Below are positions 61,353-64,000 of a stretch of DNA of 64,000 nt, one piece after another. A program made the position numbers and the translations under genes. Each line of letters begins with the position of its first letter. Positions within the stretch are counted from its first letter, which is position 1. The DNA is from Lama glama (lineage: Eukaryota): the NCBI GenBank assembly GCA_028534125.1, contig CM052817.1, positions 4,032,001 through 4,096,000 of the forward strand. Direction: 5' to 3'. The notes beneath the pieces were generated by a model. That model was not told where the DNA came from. It did no database searches and was given only the letters and a program-made list of their open reading frames with translations.

Positions 61353-64000
61353 ACACCGGGCTTGGGCTCCAGTGACTTTCAGGCGCCAGATCTGCTCTGG
61401 TTCTGGGATGTCCTGAGGCTCAGCCCACTCTGGGGAATCACATTGTTGGGACATAATTTAGGGGACATCAGAGCCAACCCACCCTCCCCCCGGACAAGCC
61501 GACTAGGGACACAAGAGGGGCTTCTCTGGGAAGGAGGGACGTGGAGGGCGTCCTCCCACTCCCCGCAGCATCGCGGGGTGGGCTCCTTACGCCCACCCCG
61601 CACCTCCACACAGGTGTTATGTCATTGTCTCTACAGCACACAGGTCTATTCACACGAATTAAGGTTTTAGAACAGAAAGGAGCGGAGCCAGAAAGTACAT
61701 TAGAATTCTCCACCCACCCTCCCTTCACCTCCAGAGATGAGATAAATCTCTTAAAAAGGTAGAACCACTTAACTGCCCTCCTCCTGCCCCAGGGCCACCC
61801 ACAGAGATCCCCCAGATAGCTCCCCTCTGCTCACCTCTGGTCTGTCCCCTGTCCGTGTCCAGGGGGATAACTGGGCAGGTCACTTCACGCTTTTCTAAGA
61901 CTCCCAAGGGCAGCTGTGACTGTGCGACCTTTCCACGGCATGCATGCATTCATTCATTCGTTCATTTGGCAGATACTTAGTGAGCACCTCCTGGGGGCAG
62001 GTACCGCCTGGACCTGCAGGTCTGGCCATGAGTAAGAGAAGCTTCTAGCCCTTCAGTCCGTTAGGTTTACAGAGCTTTTACTGCGCCCTCCCTCATCCTC
62101 ACCTGTGCCGGGAGCTCTCCTTCCCTACCCTGGGGCTCCGCTCTGCTGCTGCTTGGCTGCTGGGGGCTGTCTTCCCTTCAAGGACCGCTTCCCTGCTAGG
62201 AGGCCAGGCCAGGCCCTGGGGACTCACCCAAGACACATCTGCCCCAGGAGCCCCCACCTGGTGTGGAGGATGAGGCACAGGTGGACGCTCACCCAGGGGC
62301 ATCGGTGCTGTGAGGTGAGCTGGGAGGGGTCTCCACCTGCCCCCCAGCTCCCAGCCCCACCCCACTCCCCAGAGAGTATGCCTGGAGGCTGAGCCCAGGG
62401 GCTGTGTGGGCAGGCCTCCGCGCCTGCTGGCTTCTGGCTGGGCTTGACCACCGGAGAGACTGGAATGTCTGAGAATAAATAGAGAGGCAGGGTATTTATT
62501 CCTCCCTCCCCTCACCCCTTATGCCTCAGGTGGTATCAGAATTTCCAAATGTACCCGTCCCAGGGCACAGCACTTTCCCTGTGTTCCCTTAGAACCTTCC
62601 AGAACCTTTGGGAACAGCCTCTTTAAGGAACTCTTCTCCAGTCGCCCAGTTGGCATGTGCCCTCTGCCCTCTGCTGGGGCCCAGGTGAGCCTCGCCCCCT
62701 GCTGCCTAGGCCCCCAGAAAAGCACCTGATGGAGGGGGTCTTCCATCCTCATTGTTCCCAACACCCACCCACTGATCTCTGAACACAAGGTCAGAGAAAG
62801 CAGTCTGGGTGTCAGGGGACGTGGCACCAAACACTAACACTGCCGATTGTGGGCCCTGGCACACGGCGGGCCTCATCGGCGCACGGCCACCTCCAGGAAC
62901 CACATAGCCTGGGCACGGGAGCCCCCGAAGCTGCTTATAGGCTGGAACCAAAAGGGAGTTCCTGGCCCCAACTTGTTGAGGCCTCAAGCCAAGTCAAAGG
63001 TCCTTTCAGTGAGGAATCGGAACTCGGAGGGGCAGACTTCACAGTGAGAGGGGAGACATAGTGCTGTCTTACCCCATTAGGAGACAGGTGTCACTCCACC
63101 CTCTGCCCTCCGCTGGGGAGACCCCTCTCCTTGGGCAGCTTCAGGGACCAGGCAGCAGAGGGGCCTCCCTACTCCATACCTTGGCCATCACCATCCAGAA
63201 GGGACCATCACTAAGAGATGGTCCACAGGTGAGGTGACAGGTGACTTCCAATCACAACTTGCCCACTCTCAGGTGGGCTGGGGAGGTGAGTCTCCCACAG
63301 AGATGCTACAGGCTGGGCCCTCGCGTACTGTACTCTCCTGGTGTCAGTTTATCAGCCCAGGTTCTCCCGTGAGAAGGTAACATGCGACAAGGACATGTGT
63401 CACTTTCGGCCTGTGACTCAGCATCGTCCAGGGACCCTGAGCATCTGACCCTGCCCAGCCCAGTGCCGAGCAGGACAGTTTCTCCTGGTCCAGCCAGCTG
63501 GAGCCCTGCCTTTGGGCACCTCCCCCTCCTCTGCACGGGATTATCCCTGTAACTTGGGTGATACGGAAGACCTAGCTCGTGTGCGTAACCCTTATAAACC
63601 TAGGGGAGCTCATGGCTCACCTCGGAGCACTGACACTCTCAGGAAGCACAGCTCATGCCCCAGAGGGAGGAGGAATCCCAGTCTGTACCCACCTCTCCTG
63701 CAGAACATTGGAGGAGACGCCTTCCTTACCCTCAGCATTGCTTCCTGGAAGCCATTCCCGCCTCCCAGTGATTTTGCCCCACCCCCAGATGCTCCAAAAC
63801 CCCAAACCCCTGCTCTAGGCCCAGGCCCATGGAGCTGGTGTTCTTTCTCTCCCAGCTCTTACCATGTAGGCTAACATCCTTTCTCTGGTCCAGCAGGAAT
63901 CCCTTCTCCTTGGGAGAGGTGAGGGAAGGGGTGGGAGGTGCATAGACAAATATAAAATTCTCTAGCAGGACGGGGGAGGTCTGTGAACACTGGCACATCG

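Noticed and set aside
56600..64000. Final coding exon (VIMTGAYNNFFRMF...)
   Set aside because: Not found in the sequence or ORF track; presumably downstream of the window.

Overview
Mammalian genomic DNA, most likely camelid (Vic-1-type tRNA-derived SINEs). The whole window lies inside PPP2R2C (PP2A regulatory subunit B55-gamma), transcribed on the + strand. Six internal coding exons are visible with intact, phase-consistent splice sites: canonical exons 2, 3, 5, 6, 7 and 8, numbered from my recollection of the human gene. Exon 4 is not visible and most likely lies in the 500-N gap at 19404-19903. Exon 1 and the last exon were not seen and presumably lie outside the window. The rest is intron, filled with old L2/MIR/MLT1/L1M/DNA-transposon relics and younger L1, SINE and ERV LTR insertions. 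Nearly all six-frame ORFs are GC-rich noise. Most notable: a ~17.7 kb U12 (minor spliceosome) intron with a competing U2-type donor 168 nt inside it, a near-perfect REST/RE1 site in that intron, a candidate 29-nt alternative exon upstream of exon 2 with an overlapping stop/start (TAATG), strong CTCF motifs, two L1s inserted one after the other at the same target site, and an inverted L1 pair around a homeobox-motif-dense segment. I found no evidence for a wholly new protein-coding system. The interesting signals are regulatory or splicing hypotheses. Repeat subfamily names come from recognition, not a database search.
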